Positions 28,484 to 38,246 of a stretch of 64,000 nt of DNA are shown in pieces. Location of the stretch: positions 4,438 to 68,437 of the forward strand of contig JACPNG010000005.1 of assembly GCA_016185605.1 (NCBI GenBank). The letters run 5' to 3'. The notes beneath the pieces were generated by a model. That model saw only the letters and a program-made list of their open reading frames with translations. It was not told the origin of the DNA and did not search any database. Each line of letters begins with the position of its first letter. Within the stretch, counting starts at the first letter, position 1. A program made the position numbers and the translations under genes. This DNA comes from Candidatus Woesearchaeota archaeon (GTDB lineage: Archaea > Nanobdellota > Nanobdellia > SCGC-AAA011-G17 > JACPNG01).

Positions 28484-30436
28484 TTATCCTGAATCTGTGC
28501 CCTCACTAGTACCCTCTATGCCACCACCACCGCAATCTTGTGGACAACTATTAATATCTTCGTCACAAATTCCATTACCGCAAACATTGTTAAATTGTTT
28601 ACTGCTACAAGTAGCTTGGACAAGACCAAGATAGTATATATCTACTTCTAAACCTTTAATGCAATCTGGATCTAATCCAACTGTACAATCTTTATCACAA
28701 ATCCCGTCACATTTATTTACGCAATAGCCATCATCTGAATCTGGAAATGCTTTTGCATATTCTGGAGTGCAGTCTGGATCTGAAAACCATCTAACTCCAG
28801 AAATATCTCTTTTTGGACATTCCTGATTGCAAATTCCATCTGTAAAACTGCATCCTTGTAAATTGACTAATCCACAATCTGTATCAAACTCTCCGCAGTC
28901 ATTATCGCATAAATTATCTTTAGAAAGTAAACAGCAATCCCCAGAATTAGAAGTGCATTCTCCGCAGTCTGGATCTACTCCTTGGGTGCATTTATTGCTG
29001 CAGACATCATCTTTTACTGGATTGCAGCCAGGAATAATACTGCATAGATTAAACTTTATGTTGTTTCCAACCTTAATTAATCCTGTTGGAGGACTTAGAG
29101 AATATCCTCTGCAAACAGAATCTGTCAAAACACACTTTTCAGTTGCTATTACTGCAAATGTTTCCAATGTATCTATTTGCGATCTAATAAACTTATCCCC
29201 ATTTTCATCTTCTAGTATTTCGCTAACTATAGGAACCCAAATTTTATTATTATAGTCATATCTAGCTAGGGTTATATCTGTCTTGTCATTGCAAGACACC
29301 CATTCTTCAATATAGGGAAAATCAAAATCCATTGTTCCGAAATTAGAAAAAGCTTCATCATAAACTATGATTGGGCTTAATACAATATCGCAATTATCAA
29401 ATCCTTTTTCTTTACAATCCAATACTATCTCATATCCTAATTCTTTTTCTTCTTGACACTGAGAAAAGTCTAAATCGCAGGTATTTGTACATTTCAAACT
29501 TCCTCCTGCAAATCCTTCAAAATCCTCACATAAAAATCCGCCAAGATCTCCACCTTCACAAAATTCATATGCATTTATAGATCCATCTCCACACCCAAGT
29601 TTAATAGTTTTGCCAGTAATTCCCTCTATAAATAAATTTACAAAAGAAAAAGAAAGTAATCTGCCTATGGAACCACCCTCCTCACTATCTACCCAAGTAG
29701 GTATTCCATATAAGCAACCATCCCTAGCACCAATAACAATGCCTCCAGAATTACCGTGATAAATAGGGGCAGTGGTTTTAATAAATTGTGTATTTATATC
29801 ATAATCTAAATTCCCATAATCAAAACCACTTATAATTCCCTCACCTAATGTAAAAGAATCTCCGCCTATACCAGGATAACCTAATACATATATCTTATCT
29901 CCTATTTCTATCTCTCTTCCTTCTGATTTACATACGGATCTTGTGACATTATAAAATCCCTCGATAGGCGGTGGAAATGGAAGAGATTTATTGTTTTCAT
30001 CTAATCCCGCTTCTGTTATAAAAATAGAGGCATAGTCTATACCTTTTATAAATCTTCCATCAATTAGAGATTCTTTCTTATCATATCTATTGACTTCTCC
30101 AGCAAAATAAGCATATTCATAAAAACTTCCGTCTTTCCTCGGAAAGTAAACCCAACATCCATAAAATTCATTATCGTCTGCTAAAACAACATGAGCATTT
30201 GTATCCACAATATATTCTCCATCTTCTTCATAAAAAACCCCGCTCCCATAACCAGAAACTTCTCCACTACTATCCAAACATCCTAAACGTACAACTGCTG
30301 GCAAAAGTTTTTGATTTATTATTTTTAAAATCTCTCCCTCAGTATAAGATTGTTGTGCATTTGCAAAATTTATTGAAAATAGTAAAGTCAGTAGGGTTAT
30401 TAACAAGATTAATCTAACATGCAACACAGACATCAC
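28484..30436 (-). CDS. secreted trypsin-like serine protease with Cys-rich C-terminal domains
   Basis: Sec-type signal (LLFSINFANA/QQ). VDTNAHVV (His), IDYASIFI (Asp region), HGNSGGIVIG (Ser). C-terminal half has CGDG/CGNGICDE...CPQDC type Cys repeats. No TM anchor. Confidence 0.75.
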   Translation of the reverse strand: MMSVLHVRLILLITLLTLLFSINFANAQQSYTEGEILKIINQKLLPAVVRLGCLDSSGEVSGYGSGVFYEEDGEYIVDTNAHVVLADDNEFYGCWVYFPRKDGSFYEYAYFAGEVNRYDKKESLIDGRFIKGIDYASIFITEAGLDENNKSLPFPPPIEGFYNVTRSVCKSEGREIEIGDKIYVLGYPGIGGDSFTLGEGIISGFDYGNLDYDINTQFIKTTAPIYHGNSGGIVIGARDGCLYGIPTWVDSEEGGSIGRLLSFSFVNLFIEGITGKTIKLGCGDGSINAYEFCEGGDLGGFLCEDFEGFAGGSLKCTNTCDLDFSQCQEEKELGYEIVLDCKEKGFDNCDIVLSPIIVYDEAFSNFGTMDFDFPYIEEWVSCNDKTDITLARYDYNNKIWVPIVSEILEDENGDKFIRSQIDTLETFAVIATEKCVLTDSVCRGYSLSPPTGLIKVGNNIKFNLCSIIPGCNPVKDDVCSNKCTQGVDPDCGECTSNSGDCCLLSKDNLCDNDCGEFDTDCGLVNLQGCSFTDGICNQECPKRDISGVRWFSDPDCTPEYAKAFPDSDDGYCVNKCDGICDKDCTVGLDPDCIKGLEVDIYYLGLVQATCSSKQFNNVCGNGICDEDINSCPQDCGGGGIEGTSEGTDSG

Positions 30437-30992
30437 CTGAACCTTTTATATTAAAGCTTACTTTATCTCCAATGTTAAATTTCTTTTGAATCCCCATAAC
30501 ATTAATTTGTTTTGATTCTATAGCTTTACAATTTCTATCTACAATTATAGGAAAACAAAAAGATATTTTCAAACTAGTTTTTGAAACAAATTTATTTAAT
30601 GAAATTATCTTATCTCCTTTAGTTATTCTAACTGGCCAATCCACTTCAACAATCAGATTCTTATCTTGTATTAATACCACTTTAACATCATTTACAGCTT
30701 CAGCATTTATATTATATCCAGAAAATTTAGAGAAATCATTGCATTTCAATGGAAGATTAGTTTTAATATATTCTTCTAAGCTTGATTTAAAATCATCTGA
30801 TTTAATTGCTATCCCCTGCCCAATCTTAACTGTGTCATCCAAGCATCTTTGTAGATATAATTCAACATCTGGAAATTCCTCTGGCTGCGGCTTTAATGAA
30901 ATCTTTCCGCTGATAAACAAGAAAAAAGCTATAAGTGCTATTAACACTATGCCTAAAACTACAAGTATTGTAGCCTGTCCTCTTTTTTGCAT
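30414..30992 (-). CDS. pilin-like protein (class III signal peptide) outside the main pilus locus
   Basis: MQKRG/QATILVVLGIVLIALIAFFLF: basic leader, Gly at -1, Gln at +1. 23-nt overlap with the protease gene downstream. Confidence 0.6.
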   Translation of the reverse strand: MQKRGQATILVVLGIVLIALIAFFLFISGKISLKPQPEEFPDVELYLQRCLDDTVKIGQGIAIKSDDFKSSLEEYIKTNLPLKCNDFSKFSGYNINAEAVNDVKVVLIQDKNLIVEVDWPVRITKGDKIISLNKFVSKTSLKISFCFPIIVDRNCKAIESKQINVMGIQKKFNIGDKVSFNIKGSGDVCVAC

Positions 30993-31026
30993 ATGATTTT
31001 TAATGATTTATATTATTTAAAGATAA

Positions 31027-34000
31027 CTAAAACCATTTTTTTAATCCCTCTTGCTTATCTTCTTGCTTTCCAAATACCCCTTCTATTCTCTGTTTAGTCA
31101 ATTCTAATGTTTGTTTTAAGTAAGTTGGCAAATTATATTTTTCTGCCAGTTGCATGCTTGGCTCAAGATATTTCATAATACTCCCTTCTGCTATAGTAAA
31201 TAATAATTTTCCTTCGCAATTAGAGCATTTTCCGCTTAATGGCGGTCTTCTGTATTTTTCATTGCAGTCTACACATCTAAATTGCTGTATTGAGAATTTT
31301 CTTAGGTTTCCTTTAATATCCCTTATAAAATGCCTCTCTATTGTCAATCTTGCAACATCAGCCTCATCAACAGCCCTTATTTTTGAAGCAATCTCCATCT
31401 GTCCAAGAACTTTTTCCACCATTAAAGGGATATTTTTATACGCGCTGCATCTAACCCCCATGTTAAGATTAGAAACATTGTGAGTAAATCCCCAGTTCTC
31501 AAACTGCTCTTCTTTTCCTAGCCTATCTCTTAACTGTTCTATCTTAATCTCCCACGGCTCTTTATATTCCAAAGCAGCCTCATATAATTCCAGAGGATAC
31601 TCCCATACCAAATCCATATCAAAAATCATGTCATCTACCTCACTAGGAGTTAATATTGATGTTAGAACTAAAGGTGTATCTTGGGTTGCTCCCCTTGTAT
31701 TTGGAAGATAATGTTTTGAAAAATTTAACAAAGAATCCATTAAAAGCATTGTGCAATTTTCATCCCCTTCGCAATCACGGCGCTGGGCAGAATGCCATAA
31801 CGGATGGGCAAAACATCCTTGAGTTTTGCTGAATCCTATAATCCTTCCGATTATTGCTGCGCTTATATGCGGGGCTAATCCCATTACTAGATGTCCTGTC
31901 AAATCCTCCCTAGATTTTATGTTATAAAATCTTTCTAATCCATAAAATTTTTCCAATAAATCATCAACATAATTTGCTATTCTTGTCAAGACTTTATCAG
32001 CCCCATCCTCATTTGACTCTTCGCAAGCTGGAAGTATTATGTCCTGTGGCTTGATTTCAATAAGTTGTTCTTCATTTTCTAGTTTATCTCCATAAATATC
32101 CTTGTTATATCCAAGTTCATTTAATCTTTTTATGCTTGTAAAAATTTCTTTTGGCTTGAAATGAGTTGTGGGCATCTCAGTCATATCATACCTTATTGTT
32201 CCATCCTTGTTAACATTTAAATTATATTTTGATCTTAAAATTCCTTTTGCTAGATTCTCTGGAATATGCTCCTTGTTTGAGGTTCCTCTTACCCCCCTTA
32301 TTAAATTATTATATTCTTTTAGGTCTAATTTATTCAATGCATATTTAAAATAATGATTAACATCTATGCTAAATTGCCTATGTCCATTAAATTCTGTTTT
32401 ATTATTGCATACTTCGCATTTTTTGTAGATTGTTTCTTTGTTGCATTTCCTGCAATAAAATACTGAAAAGTCTGCTGTTACCTTGCCTTTGCTGACTGCT
32501 GTCTGCAGATTTCTCATCCTTCCCCCTTGTTCTCCAACTGGAAATAGCATATTTGGATTTCCAGTTAATTTCCTAAGCTTGGCTTTTTCCGGCCTTCCCA
32601 TCCTTGCTCCGATAAAAGTTCCTGATTTGTCTCTTATTTTTATACTGGAAATTTCATTTATTGAATCTAGAGTATTATCTTTAATTTTATTTTCTATATT
32701 CTCAAAATTAATTAGATGATATAATATAAATGCATCTTCATTTTCTATAACCACATATTCATTTTCAGCCACTTTGTGGGGAATGCCTAGTAATTCCAAT
32801 ATTCTTTTTGGATCTTCATCTTTTAATTCAGATTTTAAATCATAAACCAAAGGAAGTAAAATTTTATTTTCATTTAAGCTCCCTTTTTTATACCAATCTA
32901 TGAATATCAAGAATTGTTCTTTGTTTATATCATTCCAATGATATGTATATCTAGGATGCAGAGGAATATTATATTTTTTTGACAATTCAAATGATTCTTT
33001 TGCGCTTATTTTATAAAATCTGTTTTCTTTTAGTTTGTCAATTAAATTATTTTTTACATCTAGTTTTTTTAATTCTTGCAGATACCACTCCTCATTATAA
33101 CCACATGGAACTAATTTATGTGCTCTATTAAAAAATTCCCCATAATTCACTAGAAAATCTCCTAAAAATAATATTTCTCTTATTTCTTTTTTGAATTTTC
33201 TTGCTTCTTCTTCTGTATCTAGAAATAATACATCCCCATTTCTTAGTTTAACAATTGGACCCTCTATACTATCGCATGGCTCCATCGCACTGCTCTTTCC
33301 AGGCCGTTCATATCTTAACTGAGTTCCTGTTGCAATATAATCATCTAAGATTATCATTGTTGCAGGATGCATTGCCATGCTGCTTAATCCAGAAATCCTG
33401 CTTCTTCCATATCTTAATCTGAATCCCCCTGTTCTTAATGGATAAGTTAATATTGGCCTTCCTGCAACCAAATCTTTTATATAATTATAATCTGGAATTA
33501 TTTTTGATGTTTCTTGTTTTTTTACTTCGCCTTTTGACCTTATCTTTTTTTGCAAGCTAATAAAATCATTTATGTAATTCCAGTTCTGGAGCCCAAATTC
33601 ATCCTTCCATTTGAACATATTTTTCCACATCTTTGGTGCTTTTTGTGCTAATCCCTCTCCCAATACCAAGCAGGGGCCATTTCTTATGTAATCTGTCTCT
33701 ATTCTTGGAAGATTTTTGTAATTGCTGACTTCAGTCTTCTCGCTTGGATCCCCAGATATCTGCAGTGATAAATTTTTGACTAGAAATTCAATCTCTTCTG
33801 TACTTGGCAGATATTGAAGATTAGTAACCCTTTCATGATAATCATAAAGTTCAGTCATCATTCTTTTTATTTCATCTTCAGTTGGGTCATATTCATGATA
33901 TCCCATATTTTTCCTTATATAATCTGCTGCTAGTAAACATCCGCAGATTATTGTTGTTCCAGCGCTTCTTATTGGCCCGGAAAACATCAGGCAAAAATAT

Positions 34001-34416
34001 TCCTTCTCATCTCTTCTTTTCTTGATTTTTAATTCCACAAATCCCTCTAATGGGCTTGATACAACCCCTGAAGTAAGATATGCCAGCGCAACTCTTATGC
34101 TGACTTCCATAGCCTCTTTCTTGTCTTTAAACTTACAGAATTTTTCTTGTGCTACTTCTAATGCGATTGTCAAAGCTACTCTCCAGTCTAATTTAGAATA
34201 TTGGTCTTCTAATTCAACTATTCTCTCTTTTATTCCGCTGTTTTTTATCTGCGGTGCAACTGTAGAGATTATACCTTCTACTCTTTCAGCCATATTCCTT
34301 GCTAAAATTATCTCAACCTTGTCTTCTGGATCATAATTTAAATGTCTTGCTTGATTAGCTATTCCATAACATTTATTTACTTCTTTTTCAATCAATTCAA
34401 AATATTCATTTATCAT
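31027..34416 (-). CDS. polC: DNA polymerase II (PolD) large subunit DP2
   Basis: 1129 aa. N-terminal YFELIEKEV...ANQARHLNYDPEDKVE; Zn-finger CRKCN...CEVCN; catalytic-region GCFAHPLWHSAQRRDCEGDEN; C-terminal CVDCN...CSNC. Confidence 0.92.
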   Translation of the reverse strand: MINEYFELIEKEVNKCYGIANQARHLNYDPEDKVEIILARNMAERVEGIISTVAPQIKNSGIKERIVELEDQYSKLDWRVALTIALEVAQEKFCKFKDKKEAMEVSIRVALAYLTSGVVSSPLEGFVELKIKKRRDEKEYFCLMFSGPIRSAGTTIICGCLLAADYIRKNMGYHEYDPTEDEIKRMMTELYDYHERVTNLQYLPSTEEIEFLVKNLSLQISGDPSEKTEVSNYKNLPRIETDYIRNGPCLVLGEGLAQKAPKMWKNMFKWKDEFGLQNWNYINDFISLQKKIRSKGEVKKQETSKIIPDYNYIKDLVAGRPILTYPLRTGGFRLRYGRSRISGLSSMAMHPATMIILDDYIATGTQLRYERPGKSSAMEPCDSIEGPIVKLRNGDVLFLDTEEEARKFKKEIREILFLGDFLVNYGEFFNRAHKLVPCGYNEEWYLQELKKLDVKNNLIDKLKENRFYKISAKESFELSKKYNIPLHPRYTYHWNDINKEQFLIFIDWYKKGSLNENKILLPLVYDLKSELKDEDPKRILELLGIPHKVAENEYVVIENEDAFILYHLINFENIENKIKDNTLDSINEISSIKIRDKSGTFIGARMGRPEKAKLRKLTGNPNMLFPVGEQGGRMRNLQTAVSKGKVTADFSVFYCRKCNKETIYKKCEVCNNKTEFNGHRQFSIDVNHYFKYALNKLDLKEYNNLIRGVRGTSNKEHIPENLAKGILRSKYNLNVNKDGTIRYDMTEMPTTHFKPKEIFTSIKRLNELGYNKDIYGDKLENEEQLIEIKPQDIILPACEESNEDGADKVLTRIANYVDDLLEKFYGLERFYNIKSREDLTGHLVMGLAPHISAAIIGRIIGFSKTQGCFAHPLWHSAQRRDCEGDENCTMLLMDSLLNFSKHYLPNTRGATQDTPLVLTSILTPSEVDDMIFDMDLVWEYPLELYEAALEYKEPWEIKIEQLRDRLGKEEQFENWGFTHNVSNLNMGVRCSAYKNIPLMVEKVLGQMEIASKIRAVDEADVARLTIERHFIRDIKGNLRKFSIQQFRCVDCNEKYRRPPLSGKCSNCEGKLLFTIAEGSIMKYLEPSMQLAEKYNLPTYLKQTLELTKQRIEGVFGKQEDKQEGLKKWF

Positions 34417-35866
34417 TTTCGCTGAAATCTATTTTAGTTATATTTCTGGTCTTTAAATCAACAAGAGTTGCAATAGAAGGAATTGGATTATTGCCCATCT
34501 TTTCCTCATATGGAGTTTTTGCCTGAAAGCATGAGCAATTAATTATTGTAGTATTGTTATAATTTAACTCATCTGGCCTATGCATTTCTCCGGATACAAA
34601 AAAATCAGGAACTTTATCTATAACTAAAGGATCATTGTCTTTGTAAGTAGCATAAATACTAGATCCGTGTGTCGGAGCTAAATGCCTTCTCTGCAATAGA
34701 AATTTAGAAACCAAACTTGGATTGTCTTTTGCATTTCCTAATCTTAAGCTTTCTACATTATCAACAAAATAATGCATGCTGCTCCCATGATACATTAATA
34801 CATCGAAACCATCAAAATCCTCTGAAAAATGGATGTTAACCAATGCTGGATTGCTGACTAAGAATACATTTGGAAGCTCCCATATCTTCTTTGCTATATT
34901 TTTATCTAGAGACGGTTGTGGCTCGCTTAATCTTAATGCATCATGGTTTCCAGGGCATATAATTAAGCTTATATCATTTCTAATTTTTCCAAGATAATAA
35001 GCTAATTTTTCATACTGCTCATTAATATCTTTTATTTTCAATCCGAGATCTTGGTCTGGATAAATCCCAATTCCATCAACTAAATCTCCTATTATAAATA
35101 AATATTTAATTTTAGATGCTTTCTCTTTATGTTTTTCATCCCCTAATTCGAGATTCAGCCATTTTATAAATCTCTCAAAATCATCTTCTAAGAATACATT
35201 ACTGCCGACATGGATATCGCTTATGAAAGCGGCATATCCCTCTTCACTGCTTTTTTTTAGTTCCTTTGTATATGGAATATCTGGAATAAAAATGTTATTT
35301 GCATACAATACTTTATTCCTTATAAGCCCAGTAACTCCAATTACTTCATCTAATACTAAATCCTTAGCCATATTAAAACATTCCTTGTCTCTTTTCACTA
35401 GAAATATAATTTTTCCAGTTAAATCCTCTAATATTATTGATAAGTCTCCATTTTTCGTGATTAATTTATTGTATATAATTCCTATAAAAGACACATTCTC
35501 ATTATTTTTTTCTATTCCCCTTGTTATTGACAATGTATTTTGCAAATCTGTTCTATTAAGAAGGATATTTTTTATTTTATTATATCTTGATTTGAAATGA
35601 GAGACAAAATCTTTTACTTCTCTTTTTCCAGATTCTTCTTCATAGCTCTTTATTATCCTCACTTTTCTGTCTTTATTATATTCTTCTTTTAATTCCAAGA
35701 TCTTTTCTTTATTTTTCTCCTCTAATAACTCATTTGTTAAAACTAAGATATTTTTATCATCATATTTCTCAATTATATCGGAATAAGAATCCTCTTTTAT
35801 CTTTTCAAAAATTTCAGGACTAAGCAAAATTTTTCTATCCATGAATGATTTGATTACTTCATTCAT
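34406..35866 (-). CDS. polB: DNA polymerase II (PolD) small subunit DP1
   Basis: Calcineurin-like phosphoesterase motifs SDIHVGS, IIGDLVDGIGIYP, CPGNHDA, MYHGSS. 11-nt overlap with DP2 and 4-nt overlap with orc1. Confidence 0.9.
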   Translation of the reverse strand: MNEVIKSFMDRKILLSPEIFEKIKEDSYSDIIEKYDDKNILVLTNELLEEKNKEKILELKEEYNKDRKVRIIKSYEEESGKREVKDFVSHFKSRYNKIKNILLNRTDLQNTLSITRGIEKNNENVSFIGIIYNKLITKNGDLSIILEDLTGKIIFLVKRDKECFNMAKDLVLDEVIGVTGLIRNKVLYANNIFIPDIPYTKELKKSSEEGYAAFISDIHVGSNVFLEDDFERFIKWLNLELGDEKHKEKASKIKYLFIIGDLVDGIGIYPDQDLGLKIKDINEQYEKLAYYLGKIRNDISLIICPGNHDALRLSEPQPSLDKNIAKKIWELPNVFLVSNPALVNIHFSEDFDGFDVLMYHGSSMHYFVDNVESLRLGNAKDNPSLVSKFLLQRRHLAPTHGSSIYATYKDNDPLVIDKVPDFFVSGEMHRPDELNYNNTTIINCSCFQAKTPYEEKMGNNPIPSIATLVDLKTRNITKIDFSENDK

Positions 35867-37080
35867 AAACCAAGCCCTTCTTTTAATACATTGTTGATTT
35901 TAGGGACAGTTGAGTCTGGAATAGCTAATTTTATCTCTCTTGTTCTTCCATATCTTCCTTTGCTCACTACTCTTGCATTTATTATTCCAAGCATATCTAA
36001 TTCTGCTATTATGTCACTTACCCTTCTCTGGGTTAGTGGCTTTAATCCGCAGCCATTGCATGCTTCCCTATATATTTCATAAATGTCTCCTGTAAATATT
36101 GGATTTCCATTGCTATTTCCATTCATGCAGACATTTAATATTGAATATAATGTTAATTTGAATTGTTTAGGTTGGGAATTTACTTGCTCTATTACTCTGT
36201 CTCTATCTATCTTGTCTTCAGCATCATCAATATGCTTTATTCTTATTTTATTATCATTGTTTCTTTCTGCAATCTCCCCAGCTACCCTTAACAATTCTAA
36301 TGCCCTTCTTGCATCACCATGTTCCCTTGCAGCATAAGCAGCACATTTTTCTATTACCCCATCTTCTAATACTGTTTCTCTAAATGCTTCTTTTGCCCTT
36401 TGTTTTAGAATGCTTTGTAATTGTATTGCATTATACGGCGGAAACACTAATTCTTCCTCGCTTAGACTGCTTTTAACCCTTGGATCTAGATTATCGACAA
36501 ATATCAAATCATTGCTTATTCCTATTATTGTTACCTCGCTATTTTTTAATTCAGTATTTATTCTTGTCAAAGTATATAATATTCCGTCTCCTGTCTTATG
36601 TACTAATTGGTCTATTTCATCTAATATTAATACAAGTAATAATTTTTCTTTATCTAATTGCTTAACAAATAATTTGTATATTTCCTCTGTTGGCAATCCT
36701 GTAGCTGGAACCTCAACTCCAAACTCCCTCGTCAATTGAGCCATTAATCTGTATTCTGTGTCTGCAATCCTTTTTAATTTGCAGTTCAGATAAATTATTT
36801 TTAATGGAATTTTATTTCTTTCTGCTGTTAACAATAAGTTATTGGTTACATAATTTATGCATAAGCTTTTTCCCGTGCCTGTCTTTCCATAGATAAATAC
36901 ATTAGAAGGCTTCTCCATTCTTAATGCCGGAGCCAAAACCCCTGCTATTTGATTTATTTGATCTTCCCTATGAGGAACTGTCTTTGGGGTATAATTGCCT
37001 TGTAATGACCTCTTGTTTATGAATAAAGGCTCTTTCTTAAGGAACTTTTCGAAGAAACCATCTAACTCTTTTTGCTGCAT
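35863..37080 (-). CDS. cdc6: Orc1/Cdc6 replication initiator
   Basis: Walker A IYGKTGTGKS, Walker B LILDEIDQL, C-terminal winged helix. Faces the ORB-containing intergenic region. Confidence 0.9.
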   Translation of the reverse strand: MQQKELDGFFEKFLKKEPLFINKRSLQGNYTPKTVPHREDQINQIAGVLAPALRMEKPSNVFIYGKTGTGKSLCINYVTNNLLLTAERNKIPLKIIYLNCKLKRIADTEYRLMAQLTREFGVEVPATGLPTEEIYKLFVKQLDKEKLLLVLILDEIDQLVHKTGDGILYTLTRINTELKNSEVTIIGISNDLIFVDNLDPRVKSSLSEEELVFPPYNAIQLQSILKQRAKEAFRETVLEDGVIEKCAAYAAREHGDARRALELLRVAGEIAERNNDNKIRIKHIDDAEDKIDRDRVIEQVNSQPKQFKLTLYSILNVCMNGNSNGNPIFTGDIYEIYREACNGCGLKPLTQRRVSDIIAELDMLGIINARVVSKGRYGRTREIKLAIPDSTVPKINNVLKEGLGL

Positions 37081-37125
37081 TTCATCTAAATTTTTTATAA
37101 CTTATTTAAAGATTATTATGACATA

Positions 37126-37150
37126 GTATCACCTTAGTTTCATTTGGAAC
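37126..37150 (-). promoter_or_regulatory. ORB-like origin recognition box A
   Basis: The reverse complement reads GTTCCAAATGAAACTAAGGTGATAC. It aligns with boxes B and C (consensus about TTCCAWAKGAAWNWAWGGTG) and resembles the archaeal mini-ORB core TTCCAGTGGAAAC. Confidence 0.6.
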
Positions 37151-37193
37151 TAATTTTTAATGAAAATTTAGAAATTAAAATTACTAACGAAAA

Positions 37194-37218
37194 GTAACAC
37201 CATTAATTCCTATGGAAA
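37194..37218 (-). promoter_or_regulatory. ORB-like origin recognition box C
   Basis: The reverse complement reads TTTCCATAGGAATTAATGGTGTTAC. 18 of the first 22 positions are identical to box B. Confidence 0.55.
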
Positions 37219-37465
37219 TTGTTAACAAAAAATTAAATTTATATAAATTATAAATAGTATTAAATAATATATATTTAATATAATATAAATATTTAAAATG
37301 AAAAATAGAAATATTATAATCTAATTCTTCAAAATTTTGATGTTATAAGCCTAAATAACCAAATATAATTAAATAATTGATCGTTTATTTAAATCTAATA
37401 GTTTTTGTATTTTATCGATTTAGACGTTGCTTTGATCATATACTTTATATTTTGGGATTTTTTAG
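37219..37465. other. extremely AT-rich putative duplex-unwinding element of oriC
   Basis: About 245 nt, almost devoid of G/C (runs such as aaattaaatttatataaattataaatagtattaaataatatatatttaatataatataaatatttaaaatg). Bracketed by oppositely oriented ORB-like boxes. Confidence 0.55.
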
Positions 37466-37490
37466 GTTCCATATGAAAGAATGGTGTGGG
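37466..37490 (+). promoter_or_regulatory. ORB-like origin recognition box B with trailing G-string
   Basis: GTTCCATATGAAAGAATGGTGTGGG followed by AGGG. Inverted relative to boxes A and C. Confidence 0.6.
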
Positions 37491-37563
37491 AGGGTATACT
37501 TATAAGGCCTTTAGTTTTCCATTCCGAAAAAGGTATTATAATAAGATACAAAATCCCGACAAA

Positions 37564-37575
37564 TTTTATATATAT
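37564..37575 (+). promoter_or_regulatory. TATA-box-like element upstream of 37594 gene
   Basis: ttttatatatat lies 19-30 nt upstream of ATG 37594, consistent with a leaderless or short-leader archaeal promoter. Confidence 0.35.
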
Positions 37576-37593
37576 CAATATCTTCAAATAATT

Positions 37594-37899
37594 ATGGTTG
37601 AATGGACTTTTATAATCTTAGTTGTAATAGCTATCTTTGTAGTAGTGGAGCTATTTAAGCACCATTTTATGACAAAATTTTCAAAATTAATAGTTGTCTT
37701 TGCATTACTTATATTAATACTCTTAATCTCAAGCAGCTATCTTTTGAGTAATAATCTAATAAAGACAGACAACAAAATAGTTGTAACAAGCGCAGCCATA
37801 TTTTCAGATGTAAAGCAAAGTCTTGATAAACATAAACTGTTTAATTATGATATAGCTAATACAACAAAATTTTTAGATACTAGAAAGATTTATAAATAA
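37594..37899 (+). CDS. small membrane protein (2 TM)
   Basis: Track ORF starts at GTG 37486, inside ORB box B. The in-frame ATG 37594 gives MVEWTFIILVVIAIFVVVELF..., which is more plausible. Confidence 0.55.
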   Translation: MVEWTFIILVVIAIFVVVELFKHHFMTKFSKLIVVFALLILILLISSSYLLSNNLIKTDNKIVVTSAAIFSDVKQSLDKHKLFNYDIANTTKFLDTRKIYK

Positions 37900-37918
37900 C
37901 ATAATAAATTACTAGAAA

Positions 37919-38182
37919 ATGGCAGAAGACGATAAGAGGTATGCTAGACAGATTATAGGAAAGATTGTTGTTACAAAATCTGGAAAGAGATTTGGCGAGG
38001 TTTCAAACATTTCATTTGAGACAAGAACGGGAGAATTAATACACATAATCTTAAGAAATCCAACAACTTATGCTGCAGAAATAAATCTAGAGAAGAACGA
38101 AAAAAATGAACTGACAATTCCTTATTCTTCAGTTATTGCAGTCGGCGATTTTGTAGTTGTTGCAGAAGAAGACATAATATAA
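37919..38182 (+). CDS. PRC-barrel domain protein
   Basis: 87 aa. GKIVVTKSGKRFGEVSNISFETRTGELIHIIL...VIAVGDFVVV pattern. Confidence 0.55.
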   Translation: MAEDDKRYARQIIGKIVVTKSGKRFGEVSNISFETRTGELIHIILRNPTTYAAEINLEKNEKNELTIPYSSVIAVGDFVVVAEEDII

Positions 38183-38246
38183 ATTCTTAAGGATATATTT
38201 TTAAATCTTATTATTATATACAATAAATCAATATATTTTTCATAAA

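Noticed and set aside
25277-30436. Diversity-generating retroelement targeting the surface proteins (common in DPANN)
   Set aside because: No reverse transcriptase ORF is in the window. The internal repeat pairs are identical rather than differing at adenine positions, and no separate non-coding template repeat was found.
31027-37080. Inteins in DP2, DP1 or Orc1
   Set aside because: The lengths (1129, 486 and 405 aa) are those of intein-free proteins, and no intein block motifs or interruptions of conserved regions were seen.
37486-37593. GTG-initiated N-terminal extension of ORF 37486..37899
   Set aside because: The extension starts inside ORB-like box B and has an improbable sequence (MGGYTYKAFSFPFRKRYYNK...). 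A TATA-like element and the in-frame ATG at 37594 give a clean 2-TM protein.
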